A stretch of DNA of 64,000 bases from Eimeria praecox (GCA_963920595.1 OY986946.1:2170001-2234000), one strand, 5' to 3'; counted from the first letter of the stretch, positions 1 through 30,143 are shown. Numbers and translations: made by a program. The notes: generated by a model not told the origin, from the sequence alone.

Positions 1-1027
1 AATCAAGAAATTTCAGAACATTCTCAGGTATATGTTTTGTTTTATTTTATTTTATTTTGTTTTATTTTGTTTTATTTGCTTTGTTTTGTTTGTTTTATTT
101 TGTTGGATTTGTTCTGTTCTATATATATTTCTGTTGAATATGAACTTGTAGTGTTTTTTCTGAGTTTTAATATATATATAATATATATATATGCATGTTG
201 ATAGATAGTGAAGACAGGAAGTTTAATTACATCTAATAATAATATAAATAATAACATTAATATTATATTTTGATCTGAAATTATATTAATAATATAATCT
301 AATAATATAAATAATAACATTAATATTATATTTTGATCTGAAATTATATTAATAATAATAATAAGAGTAACAAAACTGTTAGGATCTTCGTTTTCAGTTT
401 TCTCTTTTTTTATTTTTTATTTCTTTCAATTTTTTATATTTTTTCCACATTTTGTACCAAGAATATCCTTCTAATATCTTTCTTTTTTATTTATCTTAAT
501 CAATCTATCTATCTAATCAATCTTAATATATATAAATATATATAAATAAATATATATATTTGTTTGTTTTATTTTACAGGGCTCTACAAGGGTGTTCCTG
601 TATCGGTGGTGAGCATCGGCATGGGTTCTCCCAACATGGATTTCTTAGTGCGTGAAGTTTCGTATTTATTTAAATTATCAAATCTTATCTTCGTTCGCCT
701 CGGCACTTGCGGAATATTTAAAAAAGATATCCCTGTTGGCACTCTATGTCTATCGGATCAAATTTATTACTGTCAGAGGTAAATATAATATTTTATTATA
801 TAAATATATATATAATATTATTAATATTATTAATATGAATAATAATAGACTGGAGAGGGGGGAGAGGGAGAAGGGGAGAGGAGGGGAGAGGTTCTTGTTT
901 TGTTTTGTTTGTGTTTGTATTTGTTTTGTTTGTATTTGTTTGTGTTTGTATGTTTGTTTTTGTTTGTATTTGTGTTTGAGTGACAGTGTGCATGTTTGTA
1001 CTGAGAGATTCGTATTTATCTGTATAC

Positions 1028-1067
<40 letters not shown>

Positions 1068-1200
1068 TAGATATAGATATATAGATATAGATATAGATAT
1101 AGATAGATAGATAGATAGATACATAGATACATAGATACATAAATACATAGATAGATAGATAGATAGATGAGGATGATAAACATAAACAAACATATAAACA

Positions 1201-1233
<33 letters not shown>

Positions 1234-1484
1234 TCGTTTGTGTGTGTATGTAGGAATTACGGGTACTTCGACGGTTGGGTAGGAGACGTAGGCGAAGGAT
1301 GCGGCGTTGTGGATCGTCCTTACTTCATCTCGGGTCCAGTTAAGGGAGATGAGGAGTTGATAGATAAAATACAACAACACCTGCAAACTAAACAAGTTGA
1401 ATTCAGAAGGGGAAAGGGAATTACTGCAGAAACATTCTATAGTTGTCAGGTATAAGGACGGGGGACGGGGGAGGGGGGAGGGGG

Positions 1485-1527
<43 letters not shown>

Positions 1528-1643
1528 ATAGATAATATTGAGCTAAATAAATATATAAATATCTGAAATAAACACAGTAAACAAATTGAATAAATATATA
1601 TACATATGTATATATATATATATGTATCTTAAATAGATTAATT

Positions 1644-1720
<77 letters not shown>

Positions 1721-1915
1721 GTCTGTGTCTCTTATCAGGGTCGTCGTTTTCCCGGTTTTGTTGACGAGAACGGTAATTTGTTGAAGGAGTTTGTGGACTT
1801 GGGTGTTTTGTCTTGTGAGATGGAGTCGTATCAACTCTATCATCTTAGTAGACAGAGGGCGTTAACATCTAGCTGTAACACGACAGACCTCAATAACAGT
1901 AATAATAATAATATA

Positions 1916-1951
<36 letters not shown>

Positions 1952-2927
1952 GAGAGGAGGTCCCCAAATACAAGAGCGGCTTCAATTTGTCTTGGCGTAG
2001 TAAATCGAGTCGATCCAAACTCTCCTTCGCATCTTGTACGGAAGTCAGAGGTAAGGCGAATATATTAATATGTATATTAATATATTATTAATATATATAT
2101 ATATTAATATATTATTAATATATATATATATTAATATATATAATATATATATTATATAGTATATTTGTATTGTTATTATTAGTAGTATTATTATTATTAT
2201 TATTATACTGCGTTGTTGAGGTCTATCTTACTTATTATCGGCTATTTATATTATTACTATTTAATTATTATTTGTATTATTATTATTATTATTTCGTTGT
2301 TGTTGTATTGTTATTATCATGGTTTAGTTTTAGTTGTTTTAGTTTTTAATATATTCGAAGGTGGGGTGTTAAGTTTATTTTATTTATTTTATTGTTATAT
2401 TAATATATTTTATATTATTATATTATATTATATTATATTATATTATATTATATTATATTATATTATATTATTATATTTATTACAGTTTTAGATTCTTGTA
2501 AAATTGTCTTTGGTGATATTCATTTGTTATGTTTAGTTTACCCCAATGCAATATATAATGTATATAATATATATATATATATATTCATGTTTTTTATTTT
2601 TATTTATATTTATTGGTTGATTTATATTTATTTATATTTATTTATTTGTGTTTGTATATATTATATGTTTCTAAGGTATCTCCGCACATAAATGAATCTA
2701 TGGATAGGACGACATTGCTGTATATTATATATATATATATATATAATTTATATTGATTTATATTGATTTATACTTATATTTATTTATATTTATATTTATT
2801 TATATTTATTTATTTATTTATATTTATCTATAACAAACTGTTTGTTGTTTATTAGGACGCTACGAAACAAATAATTTTGGAAGCGGCGGAGGCGGCGTTG
2901 GAGGCGTTGATATCCTTCAGTGTTTGA
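1..2927 (+). CDS. Nucleoside phosphorylase, NP-I/PNP_UDP_1 family, uridine-phosphorylase-like. 5' end lies outside the window. Exons <1-27, 580-778, 1254-1449, 1739-2050, 2856-2927
   Basis: GT-AG splicing keeps one frame: [29 protein letters not shown]...RLGTCG...[11 protein letters not shown]...SCEMES...[14 protein letters not shown]. RxGTCG, FYxxQGR and EME are NP-I / uridine phosphorylase motifs. Poly-Asn insert at about 1893-1948. Confidence 0.85.
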
Positions 2928-3333
2928 TTTTCTTTTAATATATATTATATATATTATATTATTTATATATATATAATATATATTAAATACAGAAATAAAT
3001 ACAATAAATACAATAAATAATATAAATACAATAAAACAAATAAGATAAAATAAGTAAAATAATATAAAATAAATAAAATAAATATATGTATAATAGAAAA
3101 GAAAGAAACAGCAAATCAAATTAAAAATAATTAGAGAGGCTACAGCAGCATCGTTTTTTTCGATCTACGTTTTTTTTTATCTTGTCGATACACCTGAATT
3201 CTATTTGCTGCTGCTGCTATTTGCTGCTGCAGTTAGATATACTGGTGCTGCTGCTGCTGTTGCTGCTGCTTCATTGTTTATTTTATTTATTTTATTTATT
3301 ATTTTACTTGTTTTTAAATAATTTAGTTGTTAG

Positions 3334-17775
<14,442 letters not shown>

Positions 17776-18570
17776 TATTCAACTATTTTTATTCATACAT
17801 TCATGATAAACATCACTGATATACCAGAAACAAACACAAAAAAACAAACTTTATAACTTGAAAAAACATGAAATCGTATATAATTTCGGGTGTATATACA
17901 CCTGAAGATGAGCGATGGGTTGTTGATGTTAAGGAGATAAAAGTATAATAAATTGTTGTTTTTTAGGTTATTTTAAGCTTTAATTATCTTTTTTTATGAA
18001 TTTAAATGGCAAAATGCCTCCTAAAGACCTCAATAAAACCATAAACAACACAGAAAGCTGCTGAGTTTCGCTCTAGAAGTTTGGTTTCATTCTTCTCAGT
18101 AGTATTTCATGATAAAGAAGAAAAAAGATAGAAAAAAAGATAGATTAAGATATTAACGAGTATTTGCAGTTCATAAAACACAATTATTTTATTAAATAAA
18201 AACATTTTATATTTTTATGTGTCCTCTCAATATATATATATTAAGAACATCAAGTCGCAGCTATCTACAAATTCAACGATTTCTCCGCTGTTTCTGTAGA
18301 TAGAGAGTACGAGAAGCTTAACAATTAATCTATTAAGATGGTGCTGCAAATAAAACATATTCTATTTTTAATAGATTAGATAGAACATATAATACATTTA
18401 ATAGATTAGATAAACATCTAACACATTGAATACATTAGATACAACACATAATACATCTAATATACTAGACAAGTACACATAATATACACATAATATATTT
18501 AATATACTAGATAAAACACACAATACATCTAATAAACTACTCAAAACATTCTTTATTCTCTATATACAAA

Positions 18571-18578
18571 TGCATGCA
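18571..18578. promoter_or_regulatory. TGCATGCA palindromic octamer (known abundant coccidian motif and ApiAP2-type site)
   Basis: Exact match in the CCp-mago intergenic region. Further exact copies at 36484, 40467 and 45103, all three in exons. Confidence 0.4.
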
Positions 18579-18629
18579 AAGTCGTTCAGCTCTCCTGCTT
18601 TCCTCAACAGCTTTTACGACATTAAACTG

Positions 18630-18690
<61 letters not shown>

Positions 18691-18915
18691 ATACGTAATT
18701 ATATTAATTTATATTTATATTTATGTATTTGTTTATTTATATTTTGTATTGTTGTGTATTTATACATAAAACCAGTTTTCTGTGTTTTCTACTTTGTATT
18801 TAAATATCTAAACTCTAATTTATTTTTTATTTGTTCTTGTTTTGTTTTGTTCGTATAAATTCTCTCTATGAAAGTTTGGCTGTTTGTTGTTTTAAACAGA
18901 CATATTATTATACCT

Positions 18916-18993
18916 CTAAACCCTAAACCCTAAACCCTAAACCCTAAACCCTAAACCCTAAACCCTAAACCCTAAACCCTAAACCCTAAACCC
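18916..18993. repeat. Interstitial telomere-like heptamer array (AAACCCT)n, intergenic
   Basis: Perfect tandem aaaccct units between the divergently oriented CCp and mago genes. Confidence 0.92.
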
Positions 18994-19305
18994 ATTTCAG
19001 GTGTCTAGACAGATACGATCATAGAACGCTCTGTGAGCTTTGGTTTTTTTTATTTATACAGAAAACAATGAAAATTTCTTGGAATTTTTTCTTCTTTTTC
19101 TTCTTCTTTTTGTTTTTATTAATAAATTTATTTATTTATTTAAGTTTAATTAATTAAATTAATTTAATTAAATTGACTTAGAAGGACAGACAAAATAAAT
19201 AATGTTTTTAATGATGATCATTACACAGAAAGAAAATAAATACATCTGATAGACTTGCAGCTTCAAACAAAACAACAATACATACACATTATATATATAT
19301 GTATA

Positions 19306-19401
<96 letters not shown>

Positions 19402-20226
19402 CATACACATATAACAGAACGTTATTCCTTACAAAGTAGGAGTAGTTAACAACCCCAACAAACAGCAAAATTCCAACAAGATAATAATAATAAATATTAA
19501 TATTAAAATAAATTAAGAAATATATATTTATAATTTATTATATTTTAGAATTGAATCAGGAGAGGGCATGTACGTTCATAAGGATTTGGTATTATGCTAT
19601 TTTGGGGTGTATAGACAGCAGATCAACTGTCAAGAGTGTATATTTAAATTAAATTAATATATAATAACCTCAAATAAAAACAAATTAAATATATTTTTCT
19701 ATTTTTTCTGTTTTATTCAACATGTTGTAGACGTCAGAGATCCTCCAGCCCCCCGGCTGCGCATGCAAAGAAATCTGGTAACAGCCATCATCGGTTTGCG
19801 AGATTTTTTGTTTTTTTGTTGTATTTTCGGGACAAGTTTATATAAATAAAACTTATAAATATATTTAATTATTATTTTTAAGGTAATTAAGACCAAATCT
19901 GTTGTAGTCTTCCTGTTCGGGTGCTTGCTGCTATCAAATCCCCCTCTTGTGGGTGTACATAGCGTATTTAAGTTTTTAGATATATTTTTCAACAAAATAA
20001 AAATTAAAATATATTAAAATAATAAAATATTATAATTATTTTATTTAATATATTCAAAAAATATACAGCAACAATTTCTATGAATAAATAAAATTAAATA
20101 AATAAATAAATAAATAAATAAATGGAAAGATGGATGGATGGATATATCAACTTTTTCTGATTTTGTTTGTTTGATTTCTTCAGAATATAAAAATTTTTAT
20201 ATATTTAATTAAACAAAATTTATAAA

Positions 20227-20304
20227 ATGGGGGATGATGATGACTTCTATTTGCGTTATTAGTGAGTTGATCTTACTTGAATAGTATTAACTCCTTGATC
20301 CCAC

Positions 20305-20356
<52 letters not shown>

Positions 20357-20912
20357 GGTGTATGTACACCTGAGATTGACACTGCAAAGTAGAAGATCTA
20401 GCGGTTTTTAGCGAACTCTGTGTTATTTATTTTTCTTATTAAGTTTATTTAATTCATTTTTGTTTAATGAATAAATAATAATAATGTACAATGTAATAAT
20501 ATAATATAATATTATTAATTTAATATAATTTTCTTGCTATAATATAATATAATATAATATAATATAATATAATATAATATAATATAATATAATATAATAT
20601 AATATAATATAATATAATATAATATAATATAATATAATATAATATAATATAATATAATATAATATAATATAATATAATATAATATAATATAATTAATTAA
20701 ATATATTTTTCTTGTTTTCCTCAGCACCGGGCACAAGGGGAAGTTTGGACATGAGTTTCTTGAATTTGAATTTCTAGCAGAAGGAAGAATGCGATATGCA
20801 AATAATTCAAATTATAAAAATGATACTATGATCAGAAAAGAAGGTGAAGATAAACAAATAAATAAATAAATAAATTAATAAATAAATAAATATATAAATA
20901 AATAAATAAATA

Positions 20913-20951
<39 letters not shown>

Positions 20952-21131
20952 AAGTATCTGCAGAGGGTTTATTTAGAAGACGCGTCTGGATCGAAGATGC
21001 AGGGATATGTTGTTGTAGAACAGCAGCGTATCTGCAGAGGGTTTATTTAGAAGACGCGTCTGGATCGAAGATGCAGGGATATGTTGTTGTAGAACAGCAG
21101 CTGCCTATACACCTGAATGTGTCATGGTGTT

Positions 21132-21167
<36 letters not shown>

Positions 21168-21259
21168 TGTTTTATTTGTTTTATTTGTTTGCAGCGTATG
21201 TCAGCCAGGCTGTCATAAAAGAGTTAAGAAGAATCATAGAAGAAGCAGAAATCCTAAGG

Positions 21260-21318
<59 letters not shown>

Positions 21319-21668
21319 ATAATTAATTTGTTTAATTATATATATTTATATATTTATATATTGTATAAAACAAACATAACCGAGAAAAAAAACAACATAG
21401 ATAATAACAGCGAACGATTCATTGTGTTTATATTTTCTTCTCTTGTTTATTTTTGTATACTTCATTAAATTACAAATAATAAAATAAAATTAATAAATTA
21501 ATTATATGTATAAATATAATACTTATAATAATTATAATAGTTATAATAGTTATAATAATTATATTTATATAATGCTGTTGCTGCTGCTGCTGCTTTTGCT
21601 GCTGCTGCTTTTCCTGCTGCTGCTGCTGTTGCTGCTATTGCTGCTGCTGCTATTGCTGCTGCTGCTAT

Positions 21669-21705
<37 letters not shown>

Positions 21706-22477
21706 TCAGAGAAGATGATAACAACTGGCCTGCGCCAGATCGAGTGGGAAGACAAGAGTTAGAAATTATTATTGGGAAGGAACATATCTCCTTCACCGTA
21801 AGATAAATATTTATTTATTTATTTATTTATTTATTTGTTTATTTATTTATTTTGTTCGTTTGTTTGTTTGTTTAGGTATTTATTTTATTTTATTTAATTT
21901 TATTTAATTTAATTTTATTTTATTTTTTGTTTTTTTATTTTATTTGGTTTTTGTTTGTTTGTTCTTTGTTTCGATATTTTCTCTTTCTCTTCCTCTGTTT
22001 GAAATTCTTCTTAATATTATTGATTATTATTTACTTATTTTTATTAATTATTAATTATATATTCTTAATTATTATTATTATTAATTATTAATTATCTATG
22101 ATTATTAATAATTAATTATTATCATTATTTATTATTTATTATTTATTATTTATTATTATTTATTCTTACAAATATTTTATTATTTATTTATTACAAATTA
22201 TAACAACTAATTATAATAGCGAATTTCTACTTCCTCAGCAAAACATTATTTATAAATAAACAAACCAATTAATTAATTTAATTAATTAATTAATTAATTA
22301 ATTAATTAATTAATTAATTTGTTTTATATATATTTCTACAGACATCAAAGATAGGTTCTATGGCAGACGTACAGCGGTGCAAAGACCAAGAAGGCCTTCG
22401 TGTGTTTTATTATTTAATTCAAGATTTAAAATGTTTTGTATTCTCTCTCATAGGATTACACTTCAGAGTAAGAAATA

Positions 22478-22545
<68 letters not shown>

Positions 22546-22615
22546 TTTGTAGAAATCTGTGTTCGTGTATTTGCTGTTTTTGGTGCTGGTGTTTGTTTTG
22601 TTGTTTTGTTGTTTG

Positions 22616-22682
<67 letters not shown>

Positions 22683-22828
22683 CATAGGTAGATAGATAAA
22701 GATATATACATTTGTTGTTTTTGTTGTTTTTGCATATTTTTCTTTTGTTTGTTTGTATTTGTTTATTTATTAATTATTATTTGTTTGTGTTTGTTTTGTT
22801 TTGTGTTGTTTAGATTAAACCTGTCTAA
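20227..22828 (+). CDS. MAGO: Mago nashi, exon junction complex core, 148 aa. Exons 20227-20261, 20725-20843, 21195-21258, 21710-21797, 22342-22467, 22814-22828
   Basis: Spliced product [28 protein letters not shown]...[17 protein letters not shown]...[19 protein letters not shown]...[29 protein letters not shown] matches the near-invariant Mago sequence. Total 447 nt, all introns GT-AG. Confidence 0.97.
20954..21101. repeat. Perfect 74-bp tandem duplication of non-repetitive sequence in mago intron 2
   Basis: gtatctgcagagggttt...gtagaacagcagc occurs at 20954-21027 and again at 21028-21101. Confidence 0.95.
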
Positions 22829-23057
22829 GGAGGGAAATCTGCGAATCATTCATTCAAAATTCTACAGTTAGATATACAAATTAGGGTTTAGGGTTTAGGG
22901 TTTAGGGTTTAGGGTTTATTGTTTGTTTATTTCTATTTATTGAAACAGCGAGGATTCTCCCTGCTGTTTGACTTTCTCTAATATTATAATTTATCTTGGG
23001 GTGTATAGGCAGCTCTTATTTTAATCTATCTTATAAAATATAGTAAATAGGTCTTAA

Positions 23058-23106
<49 letters not shown>

Positions 23107-23258
23107 TTATTATATTCATAATAATAATAATACAGTCAAACATAAGTAGAGTATATACAAGAAAAAACAATATAAGAAGACGATTCAAAGTATGAGCTTC
23201 GACTCATAACAAATTTATAATTATATTTATTTAAATATATTTATAAACATAATATTAA

Positions 23259-23296
<38 letters not shown>

Positions 23297-23519
23297 ATAT
23301 TATACACTTTATTAATATATTATAAAAATTAATTAATAACAAAAAACAAACAAGAAAGAGAAGAAAAAATCAAAGATATACTTCGCCTCCGTCTACAAAT
23401 GTTATAATCATATTCTAACAAACTCGGCTGTGTATACAACAGCTATATATCTTGTGTTTATATAAGATATAGCATATTATTATACAAACCATATATATCT
23501 ATCTATATCTGTATATCTA

Positions 23520-23561
<42 letters not shown>

Positions 23562-23667
23562 CTGGTTATAGCTGAGTCGCGCATGCGCGTGACGTGTACA
23601 GAAGGAAACGAAGAAACAACAATAAGAATTAGTTTTCTCTTCCTCCCTCTCTCTCTCTCTGTATATA

Positions 23668-23743
<76 letters not shown>

Positions 23744-24021
23744 AAGCATATTTATTATGAGGGTAATAATAATAAGTATTATTGTATTGTTTTCTACTCT
23801 AATTAAGTATATTGTATGTTGCTACTTTCTTAGATATTATAAACTATGAAGCTACGAGCTTTCTACTATAGAAAAACTATAAACAATATTATATTAATAT
23901 TATAATTATATTTTAAAATAAATTAAATTATATTACTAAACATAACTATTTTATATTTATACGTCTATCATTATAAATAACCTGCCTATACACTGCAACA
24001 AGAGAGCTACGAACCAACAAA

Positions 24022-24052
<31 letters not shown>

Positions 24053-24375
24053 ATGAGAGCAAATATCTAATAATTGGTTTCAACGATAGTATAATAATGT
24101 TTTAATTGGGAAGAGTTATATCTCTCCTTCTTCTACAATAATAATAATAATAAATAATAATAATAAATTATTATTATTATTATTATTCTATCTTTTCTCT
24201 GTTTTCAATAATAATAAATTATAAAGATAGAAGCAGAATATTCTAATCTGCTAACAAATTTATAATTTATTTATATTCAAACATTCATAGTATAAACAGA
24301 GCAGAAAATAAATCAAAAAGAAGAAGCAAGGAGGCCAGTCTTTCTTTATCTTTCTCTCTCTCTCTCTCAAGTAGT

Positions 24376-24436
<61 letters not shown>

Positions 24437-24579
24437 TTAGATAGTATTCTATTATATATATATATATATATATAATATGTAAAACAACGCTGAAACTAAT
24501 AAGAAACAACACAAACAATCATCAGACAAGCTCTGGTCCCGCAATGTAGTGATAGAATCTATAAACAAATAATTAGACA

Positions 24580-24614
<35 letters not shown>

Positions 24615-25053
24615 TGTTTTAATGTATATTTATCTATATTATCTACATATATATATATATATATACAGTATAATACAATATATATAATAAATATATATAT
24701 TATATTATATTATATATTATATATATACTTATCAGCTTCAGCGTCGCAGAAAACTCGATATCTCCAACAGTATAATATAGAAGAAGAAGAAAGAAGAAGA
24801 AAGAAGAAAATAATTAAATTTTGCTTCTTTTGTTTTTTTATTCTACGTGCTGCAATTGTAATTGAATCAAAACATAATTTAATTAATTTAATTAATTTAA
24901 TTAAATATATTAATATTCTTTTCTTGTTTTCTCCCTAAGTTCTATCGTCAATAACAATAACAATAACAACAACTTCTATACATAACTATCATATTATCAA
25001 AACACAACAGAGTCATAAATATACATATATCTATCTATCTATCTATCTGTATA

Positions 25054-25110
<57 letters not shown>

Positions 25111-25198
25111 TTCTGTTTTTTTTGTTGTTTCTTTTGTATTTATTTATGTAAATATAACTATATAAACAAACAATCTATGAAGTATGTTTTCTTGTATG

Positions 25199-25265
<67 letters not shown>

Positions 25266-25269
<4 letters not shown>

Positions 25270-25637
25270 GCTCCTGAAGTAGTATATTTAGATACAGCCT
25301 TGGTCCCCTCCGAAACAGCATGTTTACTTAATTCTCCGGGTAGTAATAAACGTACAGCAGTTTGTATTTCTCGTGAGGATAGAGTTCTTTTTTTATTATA
25401 TCTAATAAGTCGAACAGCTTCATCAGCGAGTCTATCAAATATATCATTAATAAACGAATTCATAATGCTCATACTCTTCTTTGAAACACCTGTTTCAGGA
25501 TGTACTTGTTTTAACACTTTATATATATATAATGCAAATGACTCTGTCCTTTTACGTCGACGATATCGTGGTCCTAATGATTTTCCCGCTGTTTTCTTTG
25601 CTGCTTGAGATTTATGCGCCGGCCCCTTCCCCGACAT
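25266..25637 (-). CDS. H2B.Z: Apicomplexan histone variant H2B.Z (H2Bv), 123 aa, single coding exon
   Basis: [50 protein letters not shown]...[27 protein letters not shown] is a histone H2B fold with the diagnostic H2B.Z N-tail. Confidence 0.97.
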
Positions 25638-26973
25638 TGTTGTGATCTTGGAGGGAAAGCACCTAAATACACAACAAATATACAAAGGATATGATATATT
25701 TTATATCATTTTAAATAGAAAATACGATTCTATACAGTGCAAAACAAAAAAAAACAAATTTCATTCATAAATTATTTAATAACAAGACACCCCCAACAAA
25801 ACAGCAACACGCTTATATCCTATGGTATCTGCGTACGGAAAAAAGCCGTATAATCTTGTTTTTTAGGGTTTTATTGAACTTACTTCTCTCAAAAATGTTT
25901 ATTATATATTAAAAGAATCAAAACTTTCGAATTTATTCGCATAAATATCTCTACAAACACACAGCAGAGCTGCCTAGACCCCTGCAGCGCACAGGGGAGG
26001 AAGGGGGGCTTGGTGATAGATATATGGTGGTGGTGGGCTCAGTCAAACACAGGGAATGCGGTACGTTCTACGGTCTTTTTTGTTTTATTTTTTAGGTTTT
26101 ATTGTGTCTTTGTTTATTATTAATTATAAAATACAGAAAAAGCAACAAAAAAACAAAAAAAACACACAATATAAGACATTAAGGAAGCTATTCATGTCTA
26201 CACGCCAGCCTCTAGGGTGTGTGTGGTGCTGATGTTGTTGTTTTTCTTCATGTTTTTGTATTTATTCTTGTTTAAATTTAATTTAATTTATTAAAAACAA
26301 AATTAAATATATTTTACTTCCTAATTATATTTATTTTCTCCCCCTACTTCACAATATCAGCTTCTTCTGCTTATATATATATTTATATATATATATTGAC
26401 GGTGTGACAGATGTTGCTGTTTGTTTGTTTTTTTATTTTATATAATTATGGAGATATATTTATCGATTTAAATGTATAAATTGTTGTTTATTTTCTGTCT
26501 TTATGTATTTAAATAGCTATTTATTAATTATATATTGTTTATTTGAGCCCACACAAACACACAAACTACTTACATACACACAATTAATTGCTATATAGTA
26601 TAGAGAGAATATCTTTTATTAAAATTTTATAATTTATTTTATTTCTATTTATTTGTTTTCTTCTTAACACCGACACCAGAATCTAAATATGTATATATGT
26701 ATATATTTATATATTTATATATTTATATATTTATATATTTATATATTTATATATTTATATATTTATATATTTACATATTTATATATTTATATATTTATAT
26801 ATTTATATATTTATATATTTATATATTTATATATTTATATATTTATATATTTATATATTTATATATTTATATATTTATATATTTATATATTTATATAGAG
26901 ATAGATATATGTTCTATAGATACGCCCACGGCTTCAACGGGTAGAAGATAGATCTATAGGTACTGCTGTAGTA

Positions 26974-27018
<45 letters not shown>

Positions 27019-27054
27019 TTTAGTAGATGGATAGATCTATAGCTACTGCTGTAG

Positions 27055-27149
<95 letters not shown>

Positions 27150-27426
27150 TTTATTAAAGCCCTAACTCTCTCATTTATTTTATTTTTTCTTCAACAACAA
27201 AAACAACAAATATATAAACGTAATCATTTGTTTAAATATTTCTGAGAGGAAGAAACAAACAAACAAATACAATAAACAATATAATACATTTACTTTTCTA
27301 TAAATTAAAAAAACTTGTATTCTACCACATATAATATATATACTATATTATATGTAGTATATATAGTGTATATTTTATATAATCTATATAATGCATACAT
27401 TATATATGATATACGCAGAGTATACC

Positions 27427-27498
<72 letters not shown>

Positions 27499-27894
27499 AT
27501 AAATAAAGAAACAACAATTAATATCTATTTATCTGCTGTTTCTACTTTTTTCTGTTTTTGGAGTTTGTTATTTTTCTCCTCGTTAATGTATAAAAGACAG
27601 AGAATATTTATATTTATGACAACGTAAAAGTATTAAACAGCCTCAATTATATTAATAAAACATTTTAAATATATATTTTAAAAAACAAAAACAGAAAAAC
27701 AAACAAACAAACAAACACACAAATTCTACAAGACACGGGGCGTCAGCCTCCTAACAAATCAAACACTACTTTTGTTTCTTTTCTTGTTTATTTATTTTTA
27801 TTATTTATTATTTAAAATATATATTTAAATATATAAATAAAAATACAGAAAAAATTATCTTCAAATTTATTATTAAATAAAACAAAAAACGAAA

Positions 27895-27962
<68 letters not shown>

Positions 27963-28770
27963 ACTTACGCATTGAAGAAACAAAATTTAAATTTAAATTT
28001 AAATTTAAATTTTAAATTTAAATTATGATTATAATTATAATTATAATTATAATTTTTAATTTAGTGTTAATTTTAATTTTAATTTTAATTTTAATTTTAA
28101 TTTTAATTTTAATTTTAAGTTTAAGTTTAATTTTGAATTTGAATTTGAATTTGAATTCGAGCGAAGATCCACAAAAGTTGAGAAGTAAGAAAAGAGAGAA
28201 ATACGCAATTTCTTCTTTTTCTTTTTTGTTTGTCTTTGTATTTATTTAATATTAAAAAAACAAAATTATTAAATATTTAGTTTATAATATAATAATAATA
28301 AAATAATTTAAAAGAAGAAATAATAAAATAATTTAAAAGAAGAAATAATAAAATAATTTAAAGAAGAAAAACAAAGAAAATACAACTTAAAGAGGCCATG
28401 TAATAAACAACAAAACATAAAAAAATTATTTTTGTTTATTTATTTTATTTAATTAAATAAACAAAACGTTAAGAGAGGAATCTACTCGAATAATAAACAA
28501 TCAAACAAATAAATATTTGTTCTCTTGCTATTATTTCTTCTATTTATTTTATTTATTTTATTTATTTTATTTATTTTATTTATTTTATTTATTTTATTTA
28601 TTTTATTTATTTTATTTATTTTATTTATTTTATTTCTTCTCTTTCTTTTATTTTAAATGAAAAAAAAACAAAGAAAATCGACAAATAGATTTAGATATAT
28701 ATACAAGTTAAGAGTGACAATAGACTCAGGATTATATATATTTTATATTTATATATTCATATATATATAC

Positions 28771-28869
<99 letters not shown>

Positions 28870-30076
28870 TTATATATTTATATATGTATATATAAATATA
28901 TTTATATATTTTTACATTTATATATTTGTATATTTATATATTTATATATTTATATATTTATATATTTACATATTTGTACATTTATATATTTGTATATTTA
29001 TATATTTATATATTTATATACACATTTTTAAATTATTACTCCTGTAACTCTGCAATTCAAAACGAATATTATATTTTAAAATATTATTATTAGTATAAAC
29101 TTCGATATTTCTTTTTTTATTTATTTATTATGTGCATACACTCGAACGAGCAAAACACACACACAAGAAAAAGAAACAACGAAATAACAAGAAAATAATA
29201 TGAAACGGATTAAAATATATAATTTAATTAATAAAAATAAATTAAATAATTAAATAATTAAATAATTAAATACAAAAAGAGAGAATCGTAGACTGCGATG
29301 GTGTTGGCTGGCCCCGTTGGAGGGGAGGCAAGACAGCAATTGATGATGATGATAGGCTTGTTAGTTTGTATTCAAGCTATTTTAAGTGTATAAAATCGTA
29401 AAAACTACGTAAATAATGTTCAAATAGATTTAAAATACATTAAAATAAATAAAAATATATCGAAATAGTAATTTAAATCATAAAAAAACATATGTAATAT
29501 ACATTACATGGTGTTGTTGTTGTTGTTGAGCCTACAACGACATCAAAACAACAACAGAACAGACGAGACAGATGATGTTTGTGTGTGGTTTGTTGTTTTT
29601 GTGTTTTTTCTTTGTTTTCTTTGTTTCAAATTTAATTATAATTATAATTAGAATAATTTAATTATTTAAAACCATTAAAAAACATATAATTTGTTGTTTA
29701 TTCTCCTCCTTATAACATCAAGTTGATGTCGCAACCTATCATATACCTCCCCCTCAATTTATTATTATGTGTACACAAACGGTATGAGTATGGTAGAGAA
29801 TAATATAATTAAATATCTTCTTTTAATTATTTTTATATTTTAATATAATTTATTTATTTATTATTTATAAAATTTTCATATATTATTTCTTTTCTCTTCT
29901 TCAAACCATACATTCAACCACAGCCGACCACATCGTTTCGTGACATATATTAAAGATTCTCCCTTTAAAACAATTAAAGACAAATATATTTTACAATTAT
30001 TCTATTTAATAAACATTTCCGAGTTTATATTTGTTTTTTTTCTCTTTTTTCTACTTGTTTACTACGTGTGAATTTG

Positions 30077-30092
30077 GGGTGTACGTACACCC
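30077..30092. promoter_or_regulatory. Perfect 16-bp palindrome GGGTGTACGTACACCC about 50 bp upstream of the PDH E2 ATG; member of a dispersed motif family
   Basis: Sequence read directly. Related copies lie upstream of CCp (17889-17902), DIM1 (47140-47155) and the deaminase (52998-53011). A regulatory role is inference. Confidence 0.45.
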
Positions 30093-30143
30093 GAAAACTC
30101 CTTCGCCGTTTTAAATATTTTAATTATTCATGATTCTGGGGCG

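Noticed and set aside
2676..2719. GC-richer island with AG/GT borders in the last phosphorylase intron, as a possible extra exon
   Set aside because: At 44 nt it would shift the frame and remove the family-like ALEAL terminal helix. Direct 2050>2856 splicing is in frame.
23560..23605. tRNA-like start (ggttatagctgagtcg) and 12-bp palindrome cgcgcatgcgcg
   Set aside because: No T-loop GTTC or acceptor stem. It is probably a GCATGC-type motif variant. I could not support any RNA gene in this window.
25900..30050. Hidden gene in the 4-kb H2B.Z-PDH E2 gap (GC islands at about 25960-26075 and 29280-29360)
   Set aside because: I found no spliceable reading frame or recognisable RNA motif. The islands are more simply promoter or UTR sequence.
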